A stretch of DNA of 64,000 nucleotides from Macrostomum hystrix (GCA_950097015.1 CATNEN010000038.1:23684001-23748000), one strand, 5' to 3'; positions 35,101 to 44,600 are shown, numbered from the stretch's first letter. The notes: generated from the sequence alone by a model not told the origin. Made by a program: numbers and translations.

Positions 35101-37265
35101 AATAGGAAAAAGCTGAGAGTAGAAGAGAGCAAGGGAGAGTGGAAGGGAAAAAGGAAGGGAAAGAGGTAGAGTGGAAGGGAGAGAGGTAGAGTGGTAGGGA
35201 GTGATGTAGAGTAGAAGGGAGAGAGGTAGAGTGGATGGGAGAGAAGGGAGTGAAAGGGAGAGAGTTATAGTTGAAGGGAGAGAGGTAGAGTGGAAGGTAG
35301 TGAGGTAGAGTGGAAGGGAGAGACTTACAGTGGAAGGGAGAAAGCAAGAGTGAAGAGGGAGAGGTAGAGTGGAAGGGAGAGAGTTATAGTTGAAGGGAGA
35401 GAGGTAGAGTGGAATGGAGAGAGGAGAGTGGATCAGAAGGAATGGGAGAGGCAGTGAGTGACAGCTAAGATGTAGGGGAGGACTTAGACTTATAAAAAGA
35501 TAGATACAATAAATACAATCAATATGCCGTTATTCTATGACAGGCTGGAGCAGCCGCTGTTCCGCCCCCGGCTGCTCAAGACGCGGCGGCGGCTGCAGCG
35601 GCTGCAGCAGCCGCCGCCGCTGCCGCCGAAGAAGGCTACAATCCTTGGCGGCATCACCTGGTCAACGGGCCCTGGTTTGGCAACTACGAAGAGTCGAAAC
35701 AGTTGCGCAAGCGCAGTCGCTCGGGTGTTGTCTACGTGGAGCGCAGCGGCATCTTCGGCCTGATTTTCAGCGCCAGGCCGCCGCCGTTTCAGCAGCCGGC
35801 TTACGCTAACAGCGGCGCCGCTGGGCCGGGCAAGTCTTTAATTTTTTGGCGAAATAAAAAAAGCAGTAACTCTTGGACACATTTTTCTACGTTTCATTAA
35901 ACACATCTAGCAAATAGCTTTAGCCCAGTGTAAAATTCAACTGTACAGTGGGGGCAGTTTTTTTACCGATTTACGGCTCGTATGTATCATAAAGGACCAA
36001 TGTCGATACAAAATTGAGGACCAATTTAGATACAAAATTATGGACCGATTTAGATACAAAATTATGGACCGATTTAGATACAAAATTGAGGACCAATGTC
36101 GATACAGAATTGAGGACCAATGTCGATACAGAATTGAGGACCAATTTAGATACAAATCTCAGGACCATATTAGCTACCAAGCTTGACTTACTTGACTTAG
36201 CGGCAGGGAGCCTCCATGACGGACGCAGCGGCCGGTGCCGCCCATATCGCTAACCCCTGGCAGCCGGACGGCCTCCAGCGAGGCGGTGCCGCTCAGGGTG
36301 GTCCGTCGGTCGGTTCCGCCGCGTGATCTTCCTCGCCATAGGCTGGGAAGAAAACAGCTCGGCCGGTATCGCGGAGGAAGTGGGCGAGCTGTGGAATGCT
36401 CTCGGGCGAGCAGGCTTCGACTAGGGTCGGCACCGGCCCGAGATGTTTCAGCCTAGCCCGGGTGAAGGCCGGGCAGTGGCAGATGAAATGCTCGGCGTTT
36501 TCACGTCCGGAGCAGCAGAAAAGACACGTTTCCTCAGGCACGTGGCCTTGGAGGTAGCGGTGTCTGGTGAAGCAGCCAAGTCCCGAGAGGGCCATGGTGA
36601 CTGCTCTCAGGTCTCCGCGATTTAGCCTAAGCAAGGCTTTACGCAGGTTACTAGAGGGGGTTGGCACGGCAGCCCTGGACTGGCGACAGTTCAGGGTGCT
36701 AGACCACCTCCTCCGGTGCTGGGTCTCCATCCAGCGGTTGATGTTGGAGTTTACCACAGAAATAGGGATCGGGGCCTCCGGGCCCATCAGGGAGCTGGCT
36801 GCTCCAGCCTTTGCAAGCTGGTCCGCCATCTCATTCCCTGTGAGCCCGGCTACCAAGCTTGGGACTAAATTGGCTACTGCATTGAGGTCCTTGTAAAATT
36901 AACAATCTAGTTTTGCTATTTATTATATAAGCTTTACCTAAACAATCGTATCAGGTCTACTAGCTGCTGATTCTTCCGAGCGCAGCTCTCGTCAGAACAG
37001 TGGCGCCACTTCGTCTGTGACAACAGCGGCTGCTTCAGCAGCAGCGGCGGCAGCAGCAGCAGCCGTTGTATCTAAGCCAATTAACTCCAAAGCTACCGAC
37101 GTGATTGGCCGTGTTCGCAAGAAGCTGACTGGACAAGATTTCAATGATTCGACCGACTCCAGAGATTTTGTCAACACACTTCGTCAAGTCGATATGCTAT
37201 TGGCTAGCGCCACATCCAATCAGAACCTATGCCAGATGTACATCGGTTGGTGCCCGTTCTGGTAG
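8149..37265 (+). CDS. MTOR: Serine/threonine-protein kinase mTOR (HEAT repeats, FAT, FRB, PI3K-related kinase, FATC), 26 coding exons, ~2772 aa
   Basis: Phase-consistent exon model: 8149-8474, 8607-8817, 9549-10232, 10986-11233, 12209-12337, 12875-13122, 15745-15869, 17744-18129, 18705-19059, 19724-20056, 21179-21496, 22929-23318, 23930-24353, 25220-25725, 26473-26967, 27552-27725, 28396-28929, 30153-30476, 30572-30801, 31881-32088, 32735-33057, 33929-34076, 34153-34275, 34605-35084, 35544-35829, 36955-37265 (8319 nt). Hallmark motifs: [53 protein letters not shown]...[56 protein letters not shown]. Confidence 0.97.
8533..8593 (-). other. Degenerate 28S (LSU) rRNA-derived fragment, antisense within mTOR intron 1
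   Basis: CTAATTAGATGACGAGGCATTTGACTAC-N12-ATAGTTACTCCTGCTGTTTAC matches the reverse complement of conserved 28S GTAAACGGCGGGAGTAACTATGACTCTCTTAAGGTAGCCAAATGCCTCGTCATCTAATTAG except 3 point changes and a central 12-nt block. Confidence 0.8.
8975..9495. repeat. 32-bp minisatellite (TGACCCAATGCCTTTCCTCTTGACTCAGTGTC)n in mTOR intron 2
   Basis: Homogeneous core 9199-9460 with degenerate flanks. Confidence 0.92.
10263..10950. repeat. 15-bp minisatellite (TTCACCARTCTGCTA)n in mTOR intron 3
   Basis: About 46 units; produces the stop-free repetitive ORFs in the track. Confidence 0.97.
11648..11900. repeat. 24-bp minisatellite (AGAATCGTAGCAAGATGAGTAGCT)n in mTOR intron 4
   Basis: About 10 units. Confidence 0.95.
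12393..12790. promoter_or_regulatory. ~33-bp degenerate tandem repeat forming a homotypic cluster of 11 GTCACGTGA E-box/CLEAR-like motifs (mTOR intron 5)
   Basis: GTCACGTGA at 12393, 12429, 12450, 12516, 12549, 12615, 12648, 12680, 12713, 12746 and 12779. The repeat is certain; a regulatory role is inferred. Confidence 0.5.
13310..14620. repeat. ~28-bp minisatellite (GATCCCTGTTCTAATTTGGGATCATTGA)n with internal GATCCC/GGGATC inverted repeat, mTOR intron 6
   Basis: About 46 units of two alternating variants. Confidence 0.96.
15013..15600 (-). repeat. 23-bp minisatellite (AGGATATGAGAGCCTGCAATCAG)n; reverse-orientation member of the ATCCTCAGATTGCAG family
   Basis: 23-bp period; its reverse complement resembles the 16380 array (18/23 identity). 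Confidence 0.94.
16380..17520 (+). repeat. 23-bp minisatellite, (CAGCATTCCATATCCTCAGATTR)n changing to (CAGCTTCCCAGATCCCYAGATWG)n, mTOR intron 7
   Basis: Two sequential unit variants with the same period. Confidence 0.95.
18155..18560. repeat. Degenerate ~23-bp repeat (AAAATCCCCATCCCAGCTGTCTA)n, mTOR intron 8
   Basis: Visible periodicity. Confidence 0.85.
19130..19630. repeat. ~48-bp repeat (GGATTGCTAGACTATCCTTGTGAGGTCATTTTGAAGTTAAAATCCAGT)n, mTOR intron 9
   Basis: GCTAGACT recurs every 48 bp. Confidence 0.88.
20120..20212 (+). mobile_element. 3' fragment of tRNA-derived SINE family A
   Basis: CCCCAGTCCACGGACTAAACAGC...GGGGCAGGTGTAA matches the 3' halves of the copies at 28005-28274 and 60795-61117. 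Confidence 0.65.
20215..20540. repeat. 15-bp minisatellite (TTTCAGGACCTGAGG)n, mTOR intron 10
   Basis: Visible units. Confidence 0.9.
21725..22905 (+). repeat. 23-bp minisatellite (CAGCTTCCCAGATCCTCAAGTTG)n, mTOR intron 11
   Basis: About 50 units; same family as the 16380 array. Confidence 0.96.
23625..23890 (-). mobile_element. tRNA-derived SINE family C
   Basis: Minus strand begins GGGAGGTGAGTGGCAGAGCGGTCTAACGC (A-box-like) ... GAGCTCAATTCC (B-box-like). Related copies at 42135-42435, 50060-50340 and partial 44510-44590. Confidence 0.7.
24470..25100 (-). repeat. 23-bp minisatellite (ATCTGAGGATATGGAATGCTGYA)n, reverse complement of the 16380-16640 units, mTOR intron 13
   Basis: The unit is the exact reverse complement of TRCAGCATTCCATATCCTCAGAT; it degenerates after 24890. 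Confidence 0.95.
25780..26335. repeat. ~10-bp repeat (GGTCAATTTA/GGTCAATATG)n, mTOR intron 14
   Basis: Visible 10-bp periodicity with higher-order units. Confidence 0.9.
27010..27500. repeat. Degenerate repeat with GAGGTCTTTGTT(C/T)(G/A)ACTC core, mTOR intron 15
   Basis: The core recurs more than 10 times with variable spacing. Confidence 0.7.
28005..28274 (-). mobile_element. tRNA-derived SINE family A (CORE-like central domain)
   Basis: Minus strand: GGGGTTCTAGCCTTGTGGTTAGAGCG (A box) ... GAGTTCGATTCCC (B box), then TGTGTCCTGTAGCAAGACACTTAAC (CORE-like) and an ATT-rich tail. Confidence 0.82.
29270..30020. repeat. ~38-bp repeat (AACAAAATCTGGGATTTCCCTTTTTCACGAATTTTCTA)n, mTOR intron 17
   Basis: ATCTGGGA recurs every 38 bp. 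Confidence 0.92.
30990..31800. repeat. Polypyrimidine low-complexity repeat (CCCCTTCTACCCCTCTCTTCTCTCT)n, mTOR intron 19
   Basis: About 800 bp that is almost G-free on the + strand. Confidence 0.93.
32200..32640. repeat. 24-bp (CATGTCCTAGGTCAAGTAGTGGGT)n switching to 26-bp (CATGTGTCCAAAATCAAGTAGTAGCT)n, mTOR intron 20
   Basis: Visible units. Confidence 0.93.
33133..33790. repeat. 34-bp minisatellite (GAAGGTTATGAGGTGGAGGGTTACTACCCCTACT)n, mTOR intron 21
   Basis: About 19 units. Confidence 0.96.
35110..35450. repeat. Polypurine low-complexity repeat (GAGAGGTAGAGTGGAAGGGA)n, mTOR intron 24
   Basis: Almost C-free on the + strand. Confidence 0.88.
35990..36180. repeat. 24-bp repeat (GGACCAATTTAGATACAAAATTGA)n, mTOR intron 25
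   Basis: About 8 units, interrupted on the right by the LINE insertion. Confidence 0.88.
36186..36848 (-). mobile_element. 5'-truncated non-LTR retrotransposon (RNase H C-terminus plus CCHC motif; I/R1/Loa-like)
   Basis: ORF 36293-36856: [16 protein letters not shown] (RNase H GNExAD motif) and CLFC...[13 protein letters not shown] (CCHC). 13-bp TSD GCTACCAAGCTTG at 36173-36185 and 36849-36861. Short TAAGT/CAAGT repeat 3' tail. GC-rich relative to the flanks. Confidence 0.9.
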
Positions 37266-37579
37266 ACAGTTGCGGGCATTACTTAGTTTTTAATTTTCTG
37301 CATGCTAAACAATCAAGAATTATAAAGTCATCTTTTTCGAATGAAATAGTTTTATTGTACATTTCTATTCCGGCTTAATGCTTTGTCGTTTATTTCTATT
37401 TTGATATAGATTTTGCTCGCTTATGCTCGCTCTTAATCAGTTTTTGTAATGAATTAAAATTATTATACTTAAAAACATTATAAATGTGCTTGTAGTACAG
37501 TGAATTTGTCGTTTGATTGCATTAGACAATTAGTCGCATCTAAACATAAGTACTTTTTAAGCGATCTTTAATCAATTAG

Positions 37580-37765
37580 GATACGACCACACCCACCCCA
37601 TTTTCTTACTCCTTTCTAGCCAATGGGAGAATTATCTACACTCACACCATTTTTCTCCCTCTAGCCAATCAGAGAACGACTACAGCCACCCCTTTTTTCT
37701 ACTCTCCTGCCAGTAGGACAGCCACCCGTACAATATCGCCTGACAACTAAGGGATCCAATCAGCA
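37580..37765 (+). promoter_or_regulatory. Degenerate ~45-bp repeat carrying CCAAT boxes upstream of PDCD2 (possible promoter)
   Basis: AGCCAATG at ~37618, AGCCAATCAG at ~37663, TCCAATCAG at ~37755. Function is inferred only. Confidence 0.3.
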
Positions 37766-38174
37766 ACTAAATCCAAGTAATTTGTCCTCCTTCTGCTATT
37801 GTTAAGCTTGGAATAAGTTTTACTAAGCTTAGCTTGATCGTTTTGCTATCCTTTTTGTTATAGAAAATATAGATAGAGCACCTTTTTAATTTAAAAAATT
37901 CTAGCTTATTCTTTAATAAAATATCTACCGAGTTTGACAAGTGGTTTTACTAAGTTTATTTAGTTTTGATTATAGCACTCACATCGTTCTTTATGTTCAT
38001 TTCAATCTGATTGCCATACTAACTAATGATTGATTCAATGAAAAATTTAATGAACATTTCACAATTCCTTGTGCTTCGCTTTTTCAACCAAATATTATGA
38101 AAAATACAAACATGCGCTACTGACTACTAATAAGCCAGCTGTTTTCTTTTTGTTCGATTTAATAAATCAATCTC

Positions 38175-38375
38175 GACTCTCGACTTGAAGGTCGGATGTT
38201 CGATTCCCAATTCCAATATAGAACTATTTTTATAGTCTTATTCAAGTCACTTGACCCTGCATAGCTTCAGTTCACCCAGCTGGTAAAAATATGTACTGGA
38301 TTTTTAGCTGGAGTATTTGAGGGCGGGCGTGGCGTCGCCGCAGTCCATGGACTGAACTGCTAGCTGTACGCGGAC
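38175..38375 (+). mobile_element. Degraded copy of tRNA-derived SINE family A
   Basis: GACTTGAAGGTCGGATGTTCGATTCCC ... CTTCAGTTCACCCAGC ... CAGTCCATGGACTGAAC aligns with the other family A copies. Confidence 0.72.
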
Positions 38376-38520
38376 TTAAGATTCACCCCGCACTTACCTG
38401 GTCATATCATAAACGCATTCCACCTATTCAACTATATTTATCTACTGTTCCAGATAAGTAAAGGTTACCACAGAGTCTAGAACGCAGGATTTCTTAACAT
38501 AGAATTTCAAAGAAAGCAAC

Positions 38521-40005
38521 ATGACCAAAAAAGCCGACCTGTCCACTGATATCAACCCGTTGGAGATCGGCTGCGTTGACGAAGGCGCAGCTGACGAGCC
38601 GCACAAGCTGCTGTCTTACGTGTTCCCTTCGAAAATTGGCGGCAAGCCTGCCTGGCTAGCTTTGGACTCGTTGCCGAGCAACGCCCAGCTGCACTGCAAC
38701 TTGTGCTCTAAACGTTTAACTTTCCTGATGCAGGTCTATTGCCCGGTTGAGTCGCCTAATAGTGCTTCTATTAGCGAGGAGAGTGACACTTTTCATCGTT
38801 GCCTTTACTTTTTTATGTGCATGAACGGCGATTGCTATGGCAACACGGAGAAAGCTAAGATGCCAAATGCTCCGGTGAAGGTGTTCCGTTCACAACTGGC
38901 TCGCAGCAATGCATATTATCCATTTGAGCCGCCAAATTATGAGGCCAAATGGTCAGAAGTTATCAAAATCATCGACGCTAATAAATTGCCGCACGCGTCG
39001 TCATGGCAGCCGTTGTGCGCCCTCTGCGGCTGTCCGGCCGATGGCGCCGACGCTGTGCAATGCCCCAACTGTCGTTACCAACCCGCCGGACTGTACTGCT
39101 GCCCGGAGCATCGCGACGCCGATGTTGATGGCCACGCCGAGCGTTGCAAAGTTTTTGTCGACAGAAAAACAAATATGCAAACTGGCGAATTTCTGCTGCG
39201 CTTTTGGACCTCTTCGTCTAATGAAAAATTGCCTAAGACGCAACTGATTGGCGGCGTTCCGCTTACCCAGCTGGGTCTGGTGATTGGCCCGGATCCCGGC
39301 GCTCAAAAAGCCGACGACAACGATGAAGACGACGATGATGATGAAAGTGACGTTGAAGAGAACGGCAAAGATCAGGACATGAACGGTAGCGTTATTAACA
39401 AGGATGGTAACAAATACTTGCCGGATCAGAAGAACCGAGCCGGCGACGATGTTGAAATGGATGTCGGCGAAATTGGCGAGGCTGCCGATTTTATAAGAAA
39501 TCAAACCGACGATGTCAATGGACATTCGAAACTTGCTGATCGGCAGAGTTCGCCGACGCCGTTGGATAATTCTGCCGCGGGCGTTGTGACCGACGCCGCC
39601 GCAGCCGAAGCTAATCGAAGCTTCGAAGATTTCGTAGCGGAAATTGATAAACTGGCCGCCAAAGAGACGCCGCAGTTGCGCAAATTGGCCGAGTTTAAGA
39701 AGGCCACCAGACGCGAGCCCGGTCAGGTGTTTCGCTATCAACGTTGCGGCCTACCTTTGCTAATTAGCAGCGACGCTTTGCCAACTGCGCCACCCTGCGA
39801 ACTGTGCGGCTCCGAGCGTCAGTTTGAGTGTCAGATAACACCTCAGCTGCTCACCTGGCTGCCGTTAAACGAATCGCCGGATACTGCCGGGCCAGACTTT
39901 GGCGGAGTGTTTGTGTTCACTTGCTCGGCTAGCTGCAATCCCAAGCAGCAGGCCGGCAGTGGCAGCAACTACGCTGAAGAATTTGTTGCTATGCAGTTCA
40001 TTTGA
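38521..40005 (+). CDS. PDCD2: Programmed cell death protein 2 (PDCD2/Zfrp8/Tsr4-like, uS5 chaperone), 494 aa, intronless CDS
   Basis: N-terminal FPSKIGGKPAWL and CNLC..LTFLMQVYCP..FHRCLYFFMC; MYND-like CALC..CPNC..YCCPEH..H...C; PDCD2_C domain EPGQVFRYQR..PPCELCGSERQFECQITPQLL..DFGGVFVFTCSASC..YAEEF. Confidence 0.93.
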   Translation: MTKKADLSTDINPLEIGCVDEGAADEPHKLLSYVFPSKIGGKPAWLALDSLPSNAQLHCNLCSKRLTFLMQVYCPVESPNSASISEESDTFHRCLYFFMCMNGDCYGNTEKAKMPNAPVKVFRSQLARSNAYYPFEPPNYEAKWSEVIKIIDANKLPHASSWQPLCALCGCPADGADAVQCPNCRYQPAGLYCCPEHRDADVDGHAERCKVFVDRKTNMQTGEFLLRFWTSSSNEKLPKTQLIGGVPLTQLGLVIGPDPGAQKADDNDEDDDDDESDVEENGKDQDMNGSVINKDGNKYLPDQKNRAGDDVEMDVGEIGEAADFIRNQTDDVNGHSKLADRQSSPTPLDNSAAGVVTDAAAAEANRSFEDFVAEIDKLAAKETPQLRKLAEFKKATRREPGQVFRYQRCGLPLLISSDALPTAPPCELCGSERQFECQITPQLLTWLPLNESPDTAGPDFGGVFVFTCSASCNPKQQAGSGSNYAEEFVAMQFI

Positions 40006-40129
40006 ATGGGATTTGAATTGTTGAAATTATGATTTGGTCCTCGATTTAAAGCAAAAGTTTTACTATCATATATACCTGGCCTTATAAGTATGCATAAAAC
40101 GTTACAAAACATTATAAGCATTTTGAGTC

Positions 40130-40380
40130 CATAATCTTTTTTCCACAATCTGTGAGTATACTTTAAGTATAGAATCCATCATCCTCAATCTGTGAGTATA
40201 CTTTAAGTCTAGAATCCCGTTATACTCAATCTATGAGTATACTTTAAGTCCAGAATCCCGTTATCCACAAATAATGAGTATACTTTGAGTCCAGAATCCC
40301 ATTATCCTCAATCTCTGAGTATACTTTGAGTCTAGAATCCCGTTAGACTCAATCTGTGAGTATAATTTTGGTTTTAGAAT
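40130..40380. repeat. ~41-bp repeat (AATCTGTGAGTATACTTTAAGTCTAGAATCCCGTTATACTC)n
   Basis: About 6 units. Confidence 0.85.
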
Positions 40381-41199
40381 ACATATATGTATTTTAAAAC
40401 CAAGATTCTATAGAATCTAGACTTTCAAAAGCTTTGAAAAAATAGGCAGGGCTTTTAAATTCTTTAAAATAAAGAAGTTCTATTTTTAAAACTTACTTTA
40501 AAACTTGCATTTCTAATTTAGTGATGCTATATGGTCATGCTTTTTGTTTAACTTCAGCTGGTGTTTCGAATTCCGAAAAGGAGTTTACATTAAAAAACTA
40601 AAATATATAACATTTATTTTATATCCCTTTAATATCATGTTTATGGATTCATTTACATTCACTACTACTCATCCTAATAAGTAGCCCGTCTGTTTGTTTG
40701 TTTTCATAAAGTCTGGGCAACTACTATTCGGTTCTACTATACTCGTAAATTCATGCAAAAAATATTCCTTTATTTTTGTTAGTATTTTCTCCTTTTTCCT
40801 TGACATACCATACTCATTTATTCAGCCAATTTTATTAAAGCTTAATAAAATTCTAAGCATTTGCTTCAACTTTCGCCCTCTTATTCGTATGTTTGGTAGC
40901 GATGGTGATCATTTTTCTATTCAGTTTTTTAGTACGCAACTGGGAATTCGCTAATAATTGTTGAACAGGTCCTAATTACTAAGTATTGCACAATGCATTG
41001 ATTTCGCTTTGTATTGTGTGCTAGTGCAATACTGTTGTTTTTTGTTCTTTAAAATACAAATGGACTACCATATGCTATTTTCTTCATACCATTCTTTTTA
41101 GCCTTTATATTTGGTCTGGAAAGTATTCCACGCACTTTGATCTACTAACTTTTCTTTCTCACCAACAACGGCACATAAGACAACCCACCTTCTTGCCTG

Positions 41200-41400
41200 C
41201 TTATTCAGTAGCTACTTGTCTACCTTCCTACCTACCAATTCAGCTACTTGTCTACCTTTCTACCTACCAATTCAGCTACTTGTCTACCTTTCTACCTACC
41301 AATTCAGCTACTTGTCTACCTTTCTACCTACCAATTCAGCTACTTACCTTCCTTCTTAACTTTACCTACCGAATCATCTAAGCGCGTAGCTACCTACCTT
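41200..41400. repeat. 32-bp repeat (TTCAGCTACTTGTCTACCTTTCTACCTACCAA)n
   Basis: About 5 units. Confidence 0.85.
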
Positions 41401-41653
41401 TAAATCGGCGAAATACCTTTTTTAATTGGCTAATGGCTAATCTGTGGCGCTATTTAATATCGTTTACTATATGTTTTCTAAGGATTTCTGAGAAGTCTGC
41501 AGTAGTTTTTAGTCGTGATTGACAAAGGCAAAGAAATATTCATTTCAGACAAACAGGCGCTATCCAAATATACAAAACAGAAAATTATATATTTTCTGGT
41601 TATTTCTTAAACAAAAGTCTATAACAATACTAGCTACTTGAAGTCATCATCAA

Positions 41654-44600
41654 ATGCAACGGCAGCAGCAGCCAGCCGCGCTAGACTCTGCTGCTGCAGC
41701 TTCAACATCTGCATCGAGACCAGCAGCCGGCAATCCAGACAATGTCTATAAGAATAGCGGAGGTGGCAGGGGTTACTGCTGTTGCTTCTTCTGCTGCGGT
41801 TTCAGCTGCGGTCAATACGAAAGAGCATCTCGGGAGCAGCAGCAGCGGCAACAGCAAAGTAGAAGCTGTCGCCCAACCGCTGCCTCTTGCTGCCCTAACC
41901 CGGCCACAAGATGCTGCTCTTCTATTGTTGTTTTTGTTGCTATGGTACGTTTAGCGTGTCGGATTTGTGTTTAGTCTATGCCCTATGGCACATTCAGCGA
42001 AATTACGCGATTAAGATAGCCTATAGCTTGAGACAGTTTTAGTATTGTAGACTAGCCAATTCTAGCCCCCTCCAGTTAAGACAAATCTTTTATATGATTT
42101 CTGCTACTGCTAAGTGTAAGAATAATATTTGCAAAGGCTGTGGACATCATTGGTAACAATAGATCTATCGCCAGCCTGGAGGTTATTCTGCCTATTCCGC
42201 TGCCTAATTCTGAGCATACGCGCACTCAGATGTGTTCATCTGCCATGACTTTCTTATCGTCAGGCAGTGTACACTCTCACTGTGCCTTGGAGATTGGCCC
42301 TCAATGGCACGACAAGCCCCCAAGCCTTCTCTCCGCGGCTCCGCCATAAAATGAATGTGGCCTCACCGCGCAATCGAACTCATGGACCTTGGTGCAAAAG
42401 ACAAACGTGCTTCTAACCGCTCCGCCACTCACCTCAATGCTGTACAGCAGTGTATATTCTACAATTAAAATTTCAGATGTGCAGCGGCATCAGTGTGACT
42501 TACCTGCACCCATTTCTGCCAGATATGATTAAGGTAGGCCTTGAACTTTTAATTATATCCATTCAATTTTAGTTTCTTACTTGAATAGTTAATAAAAGTG
42601 TATATTTTTTACTTGTTATCATTTACTTCAGAGCTTCGGCTACAGTAATAAAGAGGCCGGCACATATATTGGCATGGTGCTATCTTCATTTCACATGGGT
42701 CGCATGCTTGGCTGGTAAGCTATCTACTTTTAATTAAGTGTGCTTCCCCTCACATTTTTGCATCAGAAAATTTTCCTAAATTTTATTTCGTTAAGTTATT
42801 ATTAATGAATGGAATTCTAGGATTTGTCCTAAATTAAATTTGTTCCATTGTTCCACAGCTACGCATGGACTCCGCTATTGACTCGATTCGGTGTCAACGC
42901 GATACTATGCACCTCGCTTCCATTGCTAGCCCTGACCAGCTTATTATTTGGCAGCACTGGCGGCTTCTTAACCGCCGCGTTCGCCGGCCTTGCTAGCGGC
43001 TTGTTCAACGCTTTAACTCCTGCTGTTAGGCGCTGCTTAGCCGACTCTGCCGCTAATGATAACAATACTGATAATCATAATTTTATAACGTCCGACTTTG
43101 ATATTGCCGATACTACAGACAGCGAAGAGTTGGATTACATTGTTAGCGGCGGCGGCGGAGCTAGTAACGATGACAACAATGGCAGCAGGTTAGCCACTTT
43201 GGTTTGCCTCGGCTGGTGCTTGGGCTGCCTAATTGGTCCACTGATTGGCGGCTGTCTAGCTAGCTTACTCCCGCCAGCTTTCATGTCAGAATTGTCTACC
43301 ACAGCTAATAACAATGGGTTCTCTTTGATCTTGCCACCACTGTTGCCGGCCTGCATCGGTGTTGCTTTGATATTCTGCGCAGCTGTCGGTATTACAGCGG
43401 CCGCTGCCGCTGCTTCAGCTGTACCAGTGCGAATGTACGAATCTCGACCAGCGTCTAGATCGCGACGGCATCAGAGAAGAAGACAAAATCGACGCCGTAA
43501 TCGTTCACAAATTCGGCAGGCTAACGAGGATATAAATAATCCAGCTCAGCCTAGTGGCAATCGAAATCCAGCTGGCATTGCTCTGCCATTGATTTTAGTG
43601 ACTAGCGAGAGTCAGAATGGCACACTGCACGTTCGTCAGGCATCTTTGTCCATATCGTCCAATGATGGTCAGGGCGCCGGCTCCAACGAAGCAGGTCGCG
43701 ATGTAGTTAGAAATGATTCGCATCGACAGTCGGGCGCCAACAATGCAGCCGCTGACGATTCTCACAGTTTAGAACTGTCCATCTTTGGCGACGGGCGGGG
43801 CAACGGTGGCGGCAGTTTCATTTTAGTCGCTGGCACATTCGCCGCTTCGGACTCGGATCGTCTATGGTCAATGTTGCTAGGCGCCGTGGCGCACATCTCA
43901 TCGGAGCTTGGATTTCACAGCTTCGGCGGTGGCTTATTAGGATCTTTGAGTGTGACTCGCGGCCGACTATTGGCTCTATTGGCCACCTTTCTATTGTCAT
44001 TCGCTATAGCCTATCAGCGGGTATTGCTATTAGCTTGGTGCGCTACTGACAGAGAACTGGGCGGTCTGAGCTTTGGACCCGGTCAGCTCACTGGCTTGTT
44101 GTGCATTTCTGCCGCCAGTCAGCTGTTTGTCACAGCATTCGGAGCCTGCTTGTCTAAGCCAATGCGAGAGATGCTCTATCGGAGATTTAACTGCGATCGG
44201 GTGGGTGCTCAAAATGTAGTGCCTGAATTATGATATTAATCGAAATACGTGTATATATATATTTACTCAAATTCGTTTTCAGATTTATATCTACAGCTTA
44301 TTTCTGATGCTTCTATCGTCTACACTAATGGTTCTGACTCCTTACTCTCTTCAGATATTTAGGTGAGAATTTGATTGATTGGACTTTCGTACGATATGTG
44401 ACTGATTTCTTGGATAGATTTTATTAGCTTAAGAAGTATAAAGGTTTGACAGTGGTAATGGTAACTTCTCCTACAATTTCATCTAAATCCCTAAGGCTTG
44501 TCGTGCTATTTACGCCCCTGAGTCAGGGCAGATGTACACACCTGTGTGAGTATGTGCTCAGGAGTCATCAGAATGGGCAGAATTGTGGGTCTACTCTCAC

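Noticed and set aside
39001-39741. 246-aa antisense ORF
   Set aside because: Shadow of the PDCD2 coding strand with no recognisable motifs.
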